In this document: positions 21,391-31,476 of the stretch, piece after piece | How the letters are laid out: each line of letters begins with the position of its first letter | Numbering within the stretch: the stretch's first letter is position 1 | Assembly: GCA_963826785.1 (NCBI GenBank) | Contig: CAWGYD010000011.1 | Coordinates: 1-64,000, forward strand | Length of the DNA: 64,000 nucleotides | DNA from: an uncultured delta proteobacterium | Lineage (GTDB): Bacteria; Desulfobacterota; Desulfobacteria; Desulfobacterales; Desulfosalsimonadaceae | Direction: 5' to 3' | Made by a program: the position numbers and the translations under genes | Notes under the pieces: model-generated | Databases searched by the model: none | Told to the model about the DNA's origin: nothing | The model's input: only the letters and a program-made list of their open reading frames with translations

Positions 21391-21680
21391 CATGGTCGGT
21401 CATTTATCACCATGCCGTTGAAGAAGATCTCGAAAGCATCGGTTTCTCAGCCGCACGGCGCATCGTCAAGGCCATAGATGAAAAGCTTGCCGCTGCACCA
21501 CTGAAGTTCGGGGCACCTCTGTCCGGGAGTTTAAACAACTTCCGCAAGCTGCGGGTGGGGGATTACCGGGTGGTTTACCAGGTGCGTGAAAAAATCGTGG
21601 TCGTATATGTGCTGGCCGTCGGCCCCAGGCGCGATAAGGAGATTTACAGGGAAGCGCTGAAGCGGAAGCAAATCATTTAG
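21387..21680 (+). CDS. type II toxin, RelE/ParE family
   Basis: 97 aa; basic; GAPLSGSL, RKLRVGDYRVVY, VLAVGPRRDKEIY. Confidence 0.92.
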   Translation: MTWSVIYHHAVEEDLESIGFSAARRIVKAIDEKLAAAPLKFGAPLSGSLNNFRKLRVGDYRVVYQVREKIVVVYVLAVGPRRDKEIYREALKRKQII

Positions 21681-22330
21681 CCCCCAATGATCAGATTATC
21701 CAGTTCATCTGTATCATCGGTTTTTTTAGGGAAATGGGTCTTGAGCATCTCACCCACCTTTTCCACGGCCTCGCAGATGGCTTTTCCCTGCCGCCCCTCC
21801 CGGATGCCGGCCACGATGTGATCGACGATGCCGTGCCATTGCCCGCCGCCGACCTTCTCGTTGATGCCCCGGTCCGCCAGTACCCAGACTTTGCGCTCAA
21901 ATACGGAGATGAAGATCAGCACACCGGTCTCATCCCGGGTCCGGTACAGCCCTTCTTTGAAAAACGCCACTGTCGCGGCTTCCGCCACCTCCGCTTCGAT
22001 TTCCGTTTTGGACAGAAACAGCCGCTTGAGGGCCGGGACCCGCTCCATGATGAAATGAAACAGGATGTACCCCAGCGCAAAAAGCCCGATGAAGATCCAC
22101 ATATTCTGCCCTCCCATCCAGAACCGATGCCCCACCACCGGCGTCAGCAGAAGCGCCGCCGGGAGGGCGAAGGCAGCAGCCCCCAGGATCGAGGCCACGG
22201 GATATTGATAGCTGGATGAAACCACCATGGGGACGATTTCGCCGGAAGTTTTATTTTCGGCTGCGGCCACGGCATTTTGGATGCTGACCTTGTCCGTGCC
22301 GGTGAGAAACCGTTCTGCCAGATTTTTCAT
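21677..22330 (-). CDS. TPM-domain membrane protein
   Basis: AENKTSGEIV, two TM segments, TRDETGVLIF, LADRGI, DELDN. Confidence 0.88.
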   Translation of the reverse strand: MKNLAERFLTGTDKVSIQNAVAAAENKTSGEIVPMVVSSSYQYPVASILGAAAFALPAALLLTPVVGHRFWMGGQNMWIFIGLFALGYILFHFIMERVPALKRLFLSKTEIEAEVAEAATVAFFKEGLYRTRDETGVLIFISVFERKVWVLADRGINEKVGGGQWHGIVDHIVAGIREGRQGKAICEAVEKVGEMLKTHFPKKTDDTDELDNLIIGG

Positions 22331-22343
22331 GTTCAGTCCCTTT

Positions 22344-23237
22344 CTACCACCCGCCGGAGGCACCGCCGCCGCCGAATCCGCCGCCACCGCCTGAAAATCC
22401 ACCGAATCCCCCGCCGCCCCCCGATGAAAAGCCGCCGCCCCAGTAGCCGCCGCCATGATAATGGCCGGTCGAGGACCCGGAGGCAGCCCCCATGGCCGTG
22501 CCGATCAGAGACAGCACCAATCCGGCCCCCAGCCCCACCGGGATCAATATCAAAGCCAGCATCAGGCCGCCGGGGAAAAACAGGGATCCGAAGATGGGGA
22601 GCAGCACGCCGCCCGCTGCCGTGCCGGCGAACAGTTTCAGTCTGCCGATCTGGGCCACGAGCACCGCAAATACGATCAGGGCGAAGAACATCCCCTGGGA
22701 GGCATTCCCCGGGTTGCGCCGGGGCTGCCGTGTGGCCGTATATTCCCCCCGGACCGCACCGATCATGGCATTCACCCCCTCGATCACCCCCTGGTCAAAC
22801 CGGCCCGCCTTGAATTCCGGGGTGATGACGTTTCGGATGATCTGCCCGGACATGAGGTCGGTGAGCTTTCCCTCCAGGCCGTACCCCACTTCGATGCGCA
22901 TCTTGCGGTCTTTCTGGGAAATAAGCAGGATGGCCCCGTTGTCCTTGCCTTTCTGGCCGATCCCCCATTTTTCCGCCACCCGGATGGAAAAATCCTCGAT
23001 GGGGTCCCCTTGAAGCGAATTTATGGTCAACACCACGATCTGGGTGGAATCGGTTCGCTCCAGGGCGGCCAGTTGATCGCTCAGCTGCTTAACGGTGGCC
23101 GGGGAGAGCATGTCCGCATAATCGTTTACCCGGCCCTTGAGCGGCGGCACTTCAAGCGCGGCGGCCTGGGTGCTGGCCAACACCAGCAAAAGCAGCAGCA
23201 CCGGAAAGCGCCACCGGTATTTCAGAAAAAAATGCAT
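22344..23237 (-). CDS. TPM-domain protein (YgcG-like) with Gly-rich tail
   Basis: RVNDYADML, WGIGQKGKDNG, RIEVGYGLEG, FSGGGGGFGGGGASGGW. Confidence 0.92.
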   Translation of the reverse strand: MHFFLKYRWRFPVLLLLLVLASTQAAALEVPPLKGRVNDYADMLSPATVKQLSDQLAALERTDSTQIVVLTINSLQGDPIEDFSIRVAEKWGIGQKGKDNGAILLISQKDRKMRIEVGYGLEGKLTDLMSGQIIRNVITPEFKAGRFDQGVIEGVNAMIGAVRGEYTATRQPRRNPGNASQGMFFALIVFAVLVAQIGRLKLFAGTAAGGVLLPIFGSLFFPGGLMLALILIPVGLGAGLVLSLIGTAMGAASGSSTGHYHGGGYWGGGFSSGGGGGFGGFSGGGGGFGGGGASGGW

Positions 23238-23822
23238 TTAGAATTTCACCTCCGGCACGGCCTGTGCGCCGGCTTCCGCCTTGAAGTAGGCTTTCTTATC
23301 CAGATTTAGCAGGAAATTATTGGTGAGATTATAGGGGAATTTGCGGATGGTGCTGTTAAACGTCTCCACGGCCTGGTTGTAGCGCTGCCGGGCCACATTG
23401 AGCCGGTTTTCGGTCCCTTCCAGCTGGTCCTGAAGGGCCAGAAAATTCTGATTGGCCTTCAAATCCGGGTAGCGCTCCACCACCAGCAGCAGCCGGGACA
23501 GGGCAGACGACAGCTGGCCCTGGGCCTGGGAGAGGCGCTCCATGGCCGCGGGGTCGCTTAAGTCCTTTGACGATATCTGAACCTGGGTGGCTTTGGAACG
23601 GGCTTCCACCACCGCTTGAAGTGTTTCCCGCTCATGGGACGCATATCCCTTCACCGTCTGCACCAGGTTGGGGATCAGGTCGGCCCGGCGCTGGAGGTTT
23701 GATTCCACATCCGCCCAGGCTTTAAATACCCCCTCCTCCTGCTGCTGCATCATATTATAGCCGCACCCGGTCAAACTGATGACCAGCAGCAGAATGACTG
23801 CTACCCGAATCCGATTTTTCAT
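23238..23822 (-). CDS. lemA: LemA family lipoprotein
   Basis: LTGC lipobox, [30 protein letters not shown]. Confidence 0.93.
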   Translation of the reverse strand: MKNRIRVAVILLLVISLTGCGYNMMQQQEEGVFKAWADVESNLQRRADLIPNLVQTVKGYASHERETLQAVVEARSKATQVQISSKDLSDPAAMERLSQAQGQLSSALSRLLLVVERYPDLKANQNFLALQDQLEGTENRLNVARQRYNQAVETFNSTIRKFPYNLTNNFLLNLDKKAYFKAEAGAQAVPEVKF

Positions 23823-23957
23823 ATTTGCTCCTTCAATTATCAGGAATATAAAGCTCTTGTTTCGTGCACGTGCACCGGCCAGCAAGCTGGACTGAGCATG
23901 ATAAACGACGGGTTTAAAATTTCGTTTATCTCTTGATAACTTATACTCAACCGGCCG

Positions 23958-24003
23958 AACACCCCCCTTTGATTCCCCCCTTCAGGGGGGCTAAGGGGGG
24001 TGT
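23958..24003. repeat. short REP-like hairpin of the same family as copies A/B
   Basis: acaccccccttt-gatt-cccccc-ttca-gggggg-ct-aaggggggtgt. Confidence 0.75.
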
Positions 24004-24084
24004 AGCTGCTTCACGGGTTAGGAAGCCTCGAGTTGCAATACCACAGGATCCATGATTTTTAAAAAACTATCGAAAATGAAGTTT

Positions 24085-25252
24085 CTAACCCAATCGTTCA
24101 TTTATCATTTCAGAAATTTCCAATACCCGCAGTTGCTCGGAAAGATTTTCCACCTTCACCGCATCCTCCAGCATGACCGCGCATTTGGGGCAGGCCACGG
24201 CCAGGATCTGGGCCCCCGTCTCGGCGGCTTCCTGCACCCGCACCCGGGATGAGGTCTGATCGCCGTCTGCGAGCATGTCCGTGAAGAAATTGCCCCCGCC
24301 CCCGCCGCAGCACAGGGCGTTTTTCCGGCTGCGGTCCATTTCCGCCAGGGTGACGCCCGGAATCGACCGCAGGATCATGCGGGAAGACTCGTAATCAGCG
24401 CTGTGGCGGCCCAGGTAGCAAGGATCGTGAACCGTGACGCGAGATTTTATCCGCATTTGGGTTAAAGGTCAAGGCGTCCATGGCAAAGGCGAGCACCTGG
24501 GTGTAGTGGAACACGGCAAAATTGCCGCCCAGGGCCGGGTAGGCGGTTTTAAACGCGTAAAATCCATGGGGCGAAAGCGTAATGATTTTTTTGACCCCGC
24601 CTGCCGCAAAGGCTTCGATGTTTTTCCTGGCCAGTTCTTCAAACAGGACGTGCTCCCCCATGGCCAGGACATCGTTTCCGTCGCTGACCGTCCCGTCGGA
24701 GAGGATGCCGAAAGAAATGCCCGCTTTTTGCAATACCCGCGCAACGGATCTGGCGATCTCCTGTCCCCGGGAATCATAGGCGCCCGCATCCCCGGTGAAA
24801 AAGAGATATTCCTGGCCGCTAAAGGGCTCGATATCCAGACCCTCGGCCCAGTCGGCCCGCTTCTTGGCCGCCTTTCCATAGGCATTGCCGTGCAGCTGCA
24901 TCCGGGTCAGGAAATCCCTGACCCGGGGCGGGACCTGCCCGGCATCCAGAAAAGCTTCCTTGCCCGCGGCAAAAGCCAGCAGGATTCGGTCCTTGAACCT
25001 GGGAAAAGCGCACTGCTCCACGCAGTTGCCGCAGGTGGCGCAGGAAAACAGGATCTCGGCAAACCGCGGACTGGCGGGAACCTTCCCGTCCAGCCAGGCC
25101 CTCAGCAGCCACATCCGGCCGCCCGGGGAATAGGTTTCAAACCGGTACGCCAGATAGGCGGGGCAGTTGATGTCCACATAATTTGCCGGCAGCTTGCAGT
25201 ACCCGCAGCGAAAACACCGGTGCAGAATTTCTTCATGTTCCATATGTTCCAT
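24085..25252 (-). CDS. (Fe-S)-binding CCG-domain protein (GlpC/HdrD/GlcF-like), single-base insertion at ~24442
   Basis: CFRCGYC...CP and CATCGNC...C ferredoxin motifs; after the frameshift HDPCYLGR, LCCGGGGG, ACPKC. Confidence 0.88.
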
Positions 25253-25256
25253 CGGC

Positions 25257-26633
25257 TTACTCCCAGTTTCCCGGATTCATGATCCCCTTGGGATCGAGCA
25301 TCCCCCGGATCCGGTTCATCAGCAAAAAGGTGTTTTTGTCCATTTTTTCGATGATCTGCTTCTGGGCGGGAGCCTCTGCCTTCCAGGGGATTCCGCCCAT
25401 GGCCAGGGCCGCGGTGTTGGTGGCCTCCAGGGCCTGCTGGGCCCGCTCGATGTCTTGCGGGTCGGCCCGGTTGAAGGCATAGGCGTAGAAGAACATCATG
25501 GCATGCCCCGCCCCGATGATCCGGGCGCCCAGGGAATAGCTCACCCCGAACTTTTCGGCGATTTCAAGTCCGGTGCGGTAGGCTTCGGGGAAATGCTCGA
25601 GGGCCATGATCGCCCCAACGTATTCGAACCCGCCCCCTTGCCGGAGATCGGCAAACCGGGCCAGGTCCGGGGAGGGGACCTTCAGATATTTGGCTTTTTC
25701 CGGCGGCGGCAGGGGCAGGAACCCGGCGATCTTCTGGTCGGTGTAGGTCCGGACCGACTCCTGCAGCAGGTTGCGCTTGAAGATCAGCTCCTTTTTAGAG
25801 TGGGCGCCAAAAGCGATGTTGATGTGCAAAAACCCCTTGGCCCATTCCGGTTTGGGCGTCATCCAGGGGGTCATGTCCTCGGCCACCTGGGTGCCGGTGA
25901 GGCGGTAGAGGAGATCGGGCATCAACTCCGCGTCCTCGCACACGAAGATGAGCAGGTCGTTGTGCCGGTACCGCGGATACAAGCGGATCCCCAGCTTGGT
26001 CACCACCCCGGTGGTCCCGGCCCAGCCCAGAAAAAGCCCGGACAGATCCGGCAGGGGCGCCTTGGCAAACCAGTCGTCGGAGACGCAGCAGGACCCCGTG
26101 CGGATGACCTCGCCGTCGGGGAGCACCACCTCCATGGAGGTGAGCATGTCCGAATGAAACCCGCCCAGCACGGACAGGTGCCCGGAGCCATGGATGCAGA
26201 TATTGCCCGCCAGGGTGGCGATGGGCGGGGCATCGGGCATGGAGTGCTTGAGGTCCGGGTGGTGCTTTTTCAGATACGCCTGGAGCATCCCCTGGGAAGC
26301 CCCGGCTTCCACCACCGCATAGCGGCTTTTGGGGTTGACCTGGATGATCTTGTTCATCCGCTTCATGTCCAGGACGATCCCGCCTTTGAGCGCCCGGGTC
26401 AGGCCGGAAAGGACCAGCCCGCCGCCCATGGGGACCACCGGGATCGCATGCTCGCCGGCCACCTTCATGATCCGGCTTACCTCATCCACGGTCTTTGGCA
26501 TCACCACCGCATCGGGCGCTGCGGCCGGCATGGTCCCCGGGTCCATGGAATAGATGTAGCGCTCCTCGGCCGCCGCCGAGACAAACCGCATACCTACGAT
26601 GTCTTCCAGTTTCTGCAGGATCTTTTTATCCAT
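25257..26633 (-). CDS. FAD-binding oxidoreductase (GlcD / D-2-hydroxyacid dehydrogenase family)
   Basis: PDAVVMP, PMGGG, VVEAG, EVVLPDGEVIRTG, GTTGVVTK, LDPKGIMNPG. Confidence 0.9.
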   Translation of the reverse strand: MDKKILQKLEDIVGMRFVSAAAEERYIYSMDPGTMPAAAPDAVVMPKTVDEVSRIMKVAGEHAIPVVPMGGGLVLSGLTRALKGGIVLDMKRMNKIIQVNPKSRYAVVEAGASQGMLQAYLKKHHPDLKHSMPDAPPIATLAGNICIHGSGHLSVLGGFHSDMLTSMEVVLPDGEVIRTGSCCVSDDWFAKAPLPDLSGLFLGWAGTTGVVTKLGIRLYPRYRHNDLLIFVCEDAELMPDLLYRLTGTQVAEDMTPWMTPKPEWAKGFLHINIAFGAHSKKELIFKRNLLQESVRTYTDQKIAGFLPLPPPEKAKYLKVPSPDLARFADLRQGGGFEYVGAIMALEHFPEAYRTGLEIAEKFGVSYSLGARIIGAGHAMMFFYAYAFNRADPQDIERAQQALEATNTAALAMGGIPWKAEAPAQKQIIEKMDKNTFLLMNRIRGMLDPKGIMNPGNWE

Positions 26634-26636
26634 TTT

Positions 26637-27659
26637 CTATTCTCCCAGCGCGGTTTGGACCAGGTCGGACACCAGAATCGGCATCAGGCCGTTTTCCGCC
26701 ACTTCCTGCCCCAGGGTGGCCATGCAGAAGGGGCAGTTGAACACACAATATGCGGCCCCCGATGCCTTCATGTCGGCGATGTTCTTCTCCACCAGTTCGT
26801 CGGCCAGTTCATCTCGCTGCTGGGCCCGGGGCACGCCCCCGCAGCACAGCGCATTCTCCCGGTCATAGGTGCGGGGGACCCGCTCGGCCCCGATCTTTTC
26901 AAAAATCCGGTCGAGGATCTTGTCGGTGTGGGGAACCAGCCGGTTGGAGCAGGGCCGCTGGTAGGCGATTTTGGCGTTTAAGGGTTTGATGCGTTCCGAG
27001 AGTTCATCCAGACGGCGGTCAATGTAGTCGAACAGGTGAACCGGCGTAAACGGCACCTCAAAACCATAGGCCCTGGCCACACTGGTGTAGGTGCCATAGC
27101 ATTCGTCATGAAAGCAGATCAGCTCATCGATATTGGAATCGCGCAGGTAAAAATCCATGATAGTTTCTATGATTTTGGGCACGCGCTCCCGGATGGTGGA
27201 ATTTTTGGCGAAATGAAGCCACATGATGTTGCAGAACACATCGGTCCCCGAAAATACCGAGGCCCCTTCGAACAGCTTTCCCCGCACGCACCCGGTGAGC
27301 ATGGGAAAGGCGCACATGTCCACCACCGGTTTGTTCACCGGCCCGGGGGTGATCCTCCCCCTGGGGGCCATCATCCGGAGCTGTTCGGTGGTAATGGGCC
27401 TGGGCGCGGGAAGATACCCCAACTCCTCCTGACGCTCCACCAGCAGGTAGAAGGGGTTGTTGTCATAGGGGCAGTATTCCTGGCAGGCATAGCAGGTGAG
27501 GCATTCGGTCAGCACCCGGCTTTTCTCGCCCCGGTTGATGGCAAGCTTTTCCGTACGCGCATCCTCTATGTTGCGAAAAGAGACATACTGGCACTTCATC
27601 AGGCAGTCGATGGTTTCGCAGGAAAGGCAGACATCCGGATCAAATAAAATGGTGTTCAT
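26637..27659 (-). CDS. (Fe-S)-binding CCG-domain protein
   Basis: CLSC..C..C and CLTCYACQEYCP; YQRPC, LCCGG, NCPFC. Confidence 0.85.
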   Translation of the reverse strand: MNTILFDPDVCLSCETIDCLMKCQYVSFRNIEDARTEKLAINRGEKSRVLTECLTCYACQEYCPYDNNPFYLLVERQEELGYLPAPRPITTEQLRMMAPRGRITPGPVNKPVVDMCAFPMLTGCVRGKLFEGASVFSGTDVFCNIMWLHFAKNSTIRERVPKIIETIMDFYLRDSNIDELICFHDECYGTYTSVARAYGFEVPFTPVHLFDYIDRRLDELSERIKPLNAKIAYQRPCSNRLVPHTDKILDRIFEKIGAERVPRTYDRENALCCGGVPRAQQRDELADELVEKNIADMKASGAAYCVFNCPFCMATLGQEVAENGLMPILVSDLVQTALGE

Positions 27660-27689
27660 TTCATGCTCCGATGTGAGAGGTTAGAAGAG

Positions 27690-28459
27690 TCAAACCAGAT
27701 TTCTTGCCAGCACGGCCGCGCCGATGGCGCCGTTGACCTGGGCATAGTCGGAGACCTGGATGGCCGTTTCGAGCTTTTTTTCCAGCGCCCGGACCGCACC
27801 GACATTTTTGGCAACACCTCCGGTCATCATCACCGGCTCCGCCACCCCACCCGCCGGGCCATGGCCGAAATCCGGGAGGCCACAGACTCGTGGATCCCCG
27901 CGATGATGTTTTCCCGGGATTCCCCTTTTGAGATTAAAGAGATGACCTCGGATTCGGCAAAAACCGTGCAAATGCTGCTGATCTTGGCCGGCGCGCTCCC
28001 TTTCAGCGAGATGTCCCCGAAGGCGTCAAGATCCACCTCCAAAGCCCGTGCCATCACTTCCAGAAAACGGCCGGTTCCCGCCGCGCACTTGTCGTTCATG
28101 GCAAAATCGACCACCCGTCCGTCGGCATCGATGCGGATCACCTTGCTGTCCTGCCCCCCCACATCAATGATAAACCGCACTTTCGGATTGATGAAGTGGG
28201 CGCCTGTACCGTGGCAGGTAATCTCGGTAATGGATTTTGCCGCGAATTCGACGCTGTTCCGGCCGTAGCCGGTGGCCACCACCGCAGAGAGATCGCCGAA
28301 CGTGAGACCGGATTCGGAAAGGAGCCCGTCCATGACATTCTGGCCGGCCTGTTTCGCGTTGTACCCGGTGAAGACGACCCGGGTGCCGATGACACGATCG
28401 TTGTTTAAAATGGCGGCCTTGGCTGTTATGGAGCCGATATCGATGCCGGCAGTGATCAT
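27690..28459 (-). CDS. acyl-CoA dehydratase activase (HgdC/BcrAD family), one-base deletion at the C run 27845-27848
   Basis: GIDIGS, ATGYGR, TEITCH, IDVGGQDSK, MNDKCAAGTG, CTVFAESEVIS; next frame MTGGVAKN ... GAIGAA. Confidence 0.92.
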
Positions 28460-28493
28460 TTGATTATCCTTTGATTACCCTTGATGCGGGCAG

Positions 28494-29738
28494 TTAACGC
28501 GATTTCAGGGTTTCCATGAAGGCATCGATGCGGGTCTCGATCTGGCTTTCGGAGAAACTCCGTTCATCCACCATATCGGCTTCGATCATCAGGGTGGGAA
28601 TTTTCAATTCCTCCATCACCCGTTTTTGCAGGTCATACTGCCCGAAAGAATAAGGCTTGCAGCTCCGGTTGGAATGCATGACCAGCCCCTGAACATCATA
28701 TTTCCGGATCAGGCCGGTCAGAGTATCGAGCATTTTGTCGACGGACACATTGATGTAGACGCTGGAATAAGCCACACTGCCGGTTTCGATGAAATTGTTT
28801 TCATCGATCAGGCCGGCCACCCCGCTCCAGGCCGAGGTATAGGTGTCCCCCACCAGGCAGGCGCCGTGGGAAGCGAATTTTTCGGAAAGCCACTTGGTCC
28901 TGTACCACACCGGCAGGTTGTCCCAGAGCAGCCGGTATTTTTCATTGGGGACCATGGCGATTCCATTTTCGATCCGCTCCTCCATCTCGGCCAGTAGCTG
29001 TTTGTAGTAATCCACAGCCACCTGGGTGCCCCGCAGGGTCACGATGAGGGCCAGATGGAAAAAAGCGTCAAAGGCGGTCATGGGGGCCGGTTTGTGGGCC
29101 GCCGTATCGAGCACCGCCTGCCACAGCCGCAGTCCTTCCACGGCCAGGCGGCTGACTTCGGCCATGCGGTCAAAATCCATTTTTTTGCCGCATTGGGCTT
29201 CCAGAAACTCGATGTACTCGTAGGTCTGGGCGATCACGTACTGTTTGGCCGCTTCGGAAAATTCGGTGTGGATAAAAGGGGTGTCCAGTATGAACAGGGG
29301 CACCTTATAGTACCGGGCCACCACCTCGTACCACTTCATGACCGTTCCGCAGATGTTGTTGCAGCAGACCAGGAAATCGGGCTCGGGAAGCCCCCCGATG
29401 GGACCGCCATTAATGGGGGCGCAGGCGATATCGGCCCGGGCATAGGAGCACAGGTCCCGGGAATAGCCCATTTCCTCGGCCTTTTCACACAGGTCCACCC
29501 CCATTTTGGAGGCCCCGATCATGGCGCCGTGATTTTCCGGGTAGACGGGGATCACGTCCATGGCGATCAGAAACTCCACCGGCCCCCCGCTGGTGATCCA
29601 GGCCACTTTTTTGCCGGAATCCCTGGCGGTCTTGGCCTCGATGTAATACTGGGTCATGATTTCCTTCATGCGGGAAACCGATTTGATCCTGCGTTTTTCC
29701 TTTTCCACATCAGCCGGTTTGCTGGCCATATCGTTCAT
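28494..29738 (-). CDS. 2-hydroxyacyl-CoA dehydratase / benzoyl-CoA reductase family subunit (HgdA/BcrB-like)
   Basis: YPENHGA, DLCSYARAD, NNICGTVMKW, RSCKP, EADMVDER, TRIDAFME; RBS GGAGG before ATG 29738. Confidence 0.9.
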   Translation of the reverse strand: MNDMASKPADVEKEKRRIKSVSRMKEIMTQYYIEAKTARDSGKKVAWITSGGPVEFLIAMDVIPVYPENHGAMIGASKMGVDLCEKAEEMGYSRDLCSYARADIACAPINGGPIGGLPEPDFLVCCNNICGTVMKWYEVVARYYKVPLFILDTPFIHTEFSEAAKQYVIAQTYEYIEFLEAQCGKKMDFDRMAEVSRLAVEGLRLWQAVLDTAAHKPAPMTAFDAFFHLALIVTLRGTQVAVDYYKQLLAEMEERIENGIAMVPNEKYRLLWDNLPVWYRTKWLSEKFASHGACLVGDTYTSAWSGVAGLIDENNFIETGSVAYSSVYINVSVDKMLDTLTGLIRKYDVQGLVMHSNRSCKPYSFGQYDLQKRVMEELKIPTLMIEADMVDERSFSESQIETRIDAFMETLKSR

Positions 29739-29823
29739 GGGCCCTCCATGGGTCAGGCGATTGTTTAATTGATCCATTCAATGAAATAGGACCTTTGCAG
29801 TCTTTGCGTCCAAGAAATTCAGA

Positions 29824-30022
29824 TTTCAAGGAACTTACCTTGGCAAACATATTAAGTGACTTCAATTTTTTTGTTATCCGCAGGTCCAACACCCCCCTTG
29901 GTCCCCCCTCGCAGGGGGGAATAAAAAAAGGAGTCCCTCCTCGAGGGAGAATAAAAGAGGAGCGTACCGGCGGCAGCCGCTGCGATTCAAAAGTTCCTTT
30001 CTGTAAAAAACACCGCAGCGGG
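29824..30022. repeat. dispersed composite repeat (copy B, internally deleted) between the two dehydratase subunit genes
   Basis: Matches 15382-15623 except for ~40 bp missing between two REP-like units. Confidence 0.9.
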
Positions 30023-30042
30023 ACACAACGCTTTTTTGGGGC

Positions 30043-31218
30043 TTACAGCATCTCCACAAAAGTTTCAAAACGGGTTTTCAGCTGTCCTTCCGACGGGAGC
30101 TGGTCTTCGACTTCCAACAGCATGCTCGGCACGTTTGCATCGTCTAAAAACTGCTTCAGATAGGGATAATCAAAGGCATGGGGATCGCAGAATTTCAGCA
30201 GGAGGAAGATCACCCCATCCGAATCGCTCTGTTTTACCTTCTCTACTAAATGCCGACCCCGGGCATTCACATCCGAATGCTTGGCCGGACAGACCACCCG
30301 GCTCATGTATCGCCTTGCGATGGCTTCCAGGGGGTCGCCCTGGGGATCGATGCGCCCTTCGAAATACCGGCTGCCGGTGCACAGGTCGTCTGCGACCACA
30401 TCAGCGCCGGCATCCTCCAGAAGCGTGTAGATGTCCGGATGACTGCAGATGCCGCCCGACAGCATGATCCGCTTTTTCCGGTTTAATGGTTGACTTTTAT
30501 CCGACACATTCGCATCTTTGAGGACTTCTGAAAGGATATCGGTCAATTGGCCTCTATCCAGCATCATGGAAGCGGAAAGGATGTGGTAGATGTCCCGGGC
30601 GGATATCAGGTGGGGGTGCCGGGCTTTCAAATCATAAATGGAGCTGAGTATTTCCCGGTTGCGGTTGTAAACGGCAATCGCTTCGTGAAGCTTCTCATCC
30701 GTAATCCGGGTGCCAAGCGCGGCCTCCAGCTCCTTTTTCATCTGGCGAAGCACTTCTACCATATAAATCCGGGCGCTTTCGGTGTCCAGCTTAACCGGCA
30801 TCACCGCGTCGATGTGGAACGAAAAACCGGCATTCAGCCGCCAGATGTCGGACAGGCGCTGAATCGAATCGCAGGTATGCGGAAAGACGGTGCCGGTCAG
30901 AAAATCCAGACGGCCGTTCAGTGCATCTTCCAGTCCGCCGCGGACCAGTGAGCAGCAGTAGGACTGGAGATGGGCATCCGCAGCGGAAATATCCCCGCGG
31001 GTGCCGAACAGACGAAACGGGATCGCGCCGGCCGCATAGATCAGCTCTTCCGGCGTGTACGAGCAAAAGTATCCGACGACGGGCTTTCCGGTTTGCCGCT
31101 TGGTTCTCCTGGCATAATCGTAAGGTTGACCGATGACTTCATAGATGGTTTGAATTGCGTTCATAGATTCGTCCCGACGGGGTAAAAGTTGGGTGGTTTC
31201 AATGCTGATATTGTCCAT
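30043..31218 (-). CDS. 2-hydroxyacyl-CoA dehydratase family subunit (HgdB/BcrC-like); start may be 31164
   Basis: GYFCSYTPEEL, YCCSLVR, PHTCD, DDLCTGSR, KFCDPH, TRFETF. Confidence 0.9.
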   Translation of the reverse strand: MDNISIETTQLLPRRDESMNAIQTIYEVIGQPYDYARRTKRQTGKPVVGYFCSYTPEELIYAAGAIPFRLFGTRGDISAADAHLQSYCCSLVRGGLEDALNGRLDFLTGTVFPHTCDSIQRLSDIWRLNAGFSFHIDAVMPVKLDTESARIYMVEVLRQMKKELEAALGTRITDEKLHEAIAVYNRNREILSSIYDLKARHPHLISARDIYHILSASMMLDRGQLTDILSEVLKDANVSDKSQPLNRKKRIMLSGGICSHPDIYTLLEDAGADVVADDLCTGSRYFEGRIDPQGDPLEAIARRYMSRVVCPAKHSDVNARGRHLVEKVKQSDSDGVIFLLLKFCDPHAFDYPYLKQFLDDANVPSMLLEVEDQLPSEGQLKTRFETFVEML

Positions 31219-31476
31219 CGCATCCGGTGGTCAGTTGACTGAAACAGCACGACACGCTATTTTTGGAATGCCTTTATTGATAACGTGAGCCCACGATGCT
31301 GTCAAGAATAAAGAGCAATCGTTCGATTTTGCGGACGGTGTCTGAACGGCGAATTCCGCAATGCTGAAAATACGACATACGGTTCATTAGATGCCGCCGG
31401 AGACCGCAGAGATCCGCTTGAAAAAAAAAGAGTTTGACGCCTGATGCAAAAATTTATTTCCGTTCTATCGAATCTC

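Noticed and set aside
25194..26981. Long antisense ORFs (595 aa here; also 11787-13034, 36083-37417, 52862-54016, 17839-18957)
   Set aside because: These are shadow frames opposite well-supported genes, expected from GC-rich codon bias.
19378..28459. True pseudogenes or programmed frameshifts in the kinase, CCG and activase genes
   Set aside because: These are isolated single-base indels with otherwise intact motifs and no slippery heptamers; sequencing error is more parsimonious.
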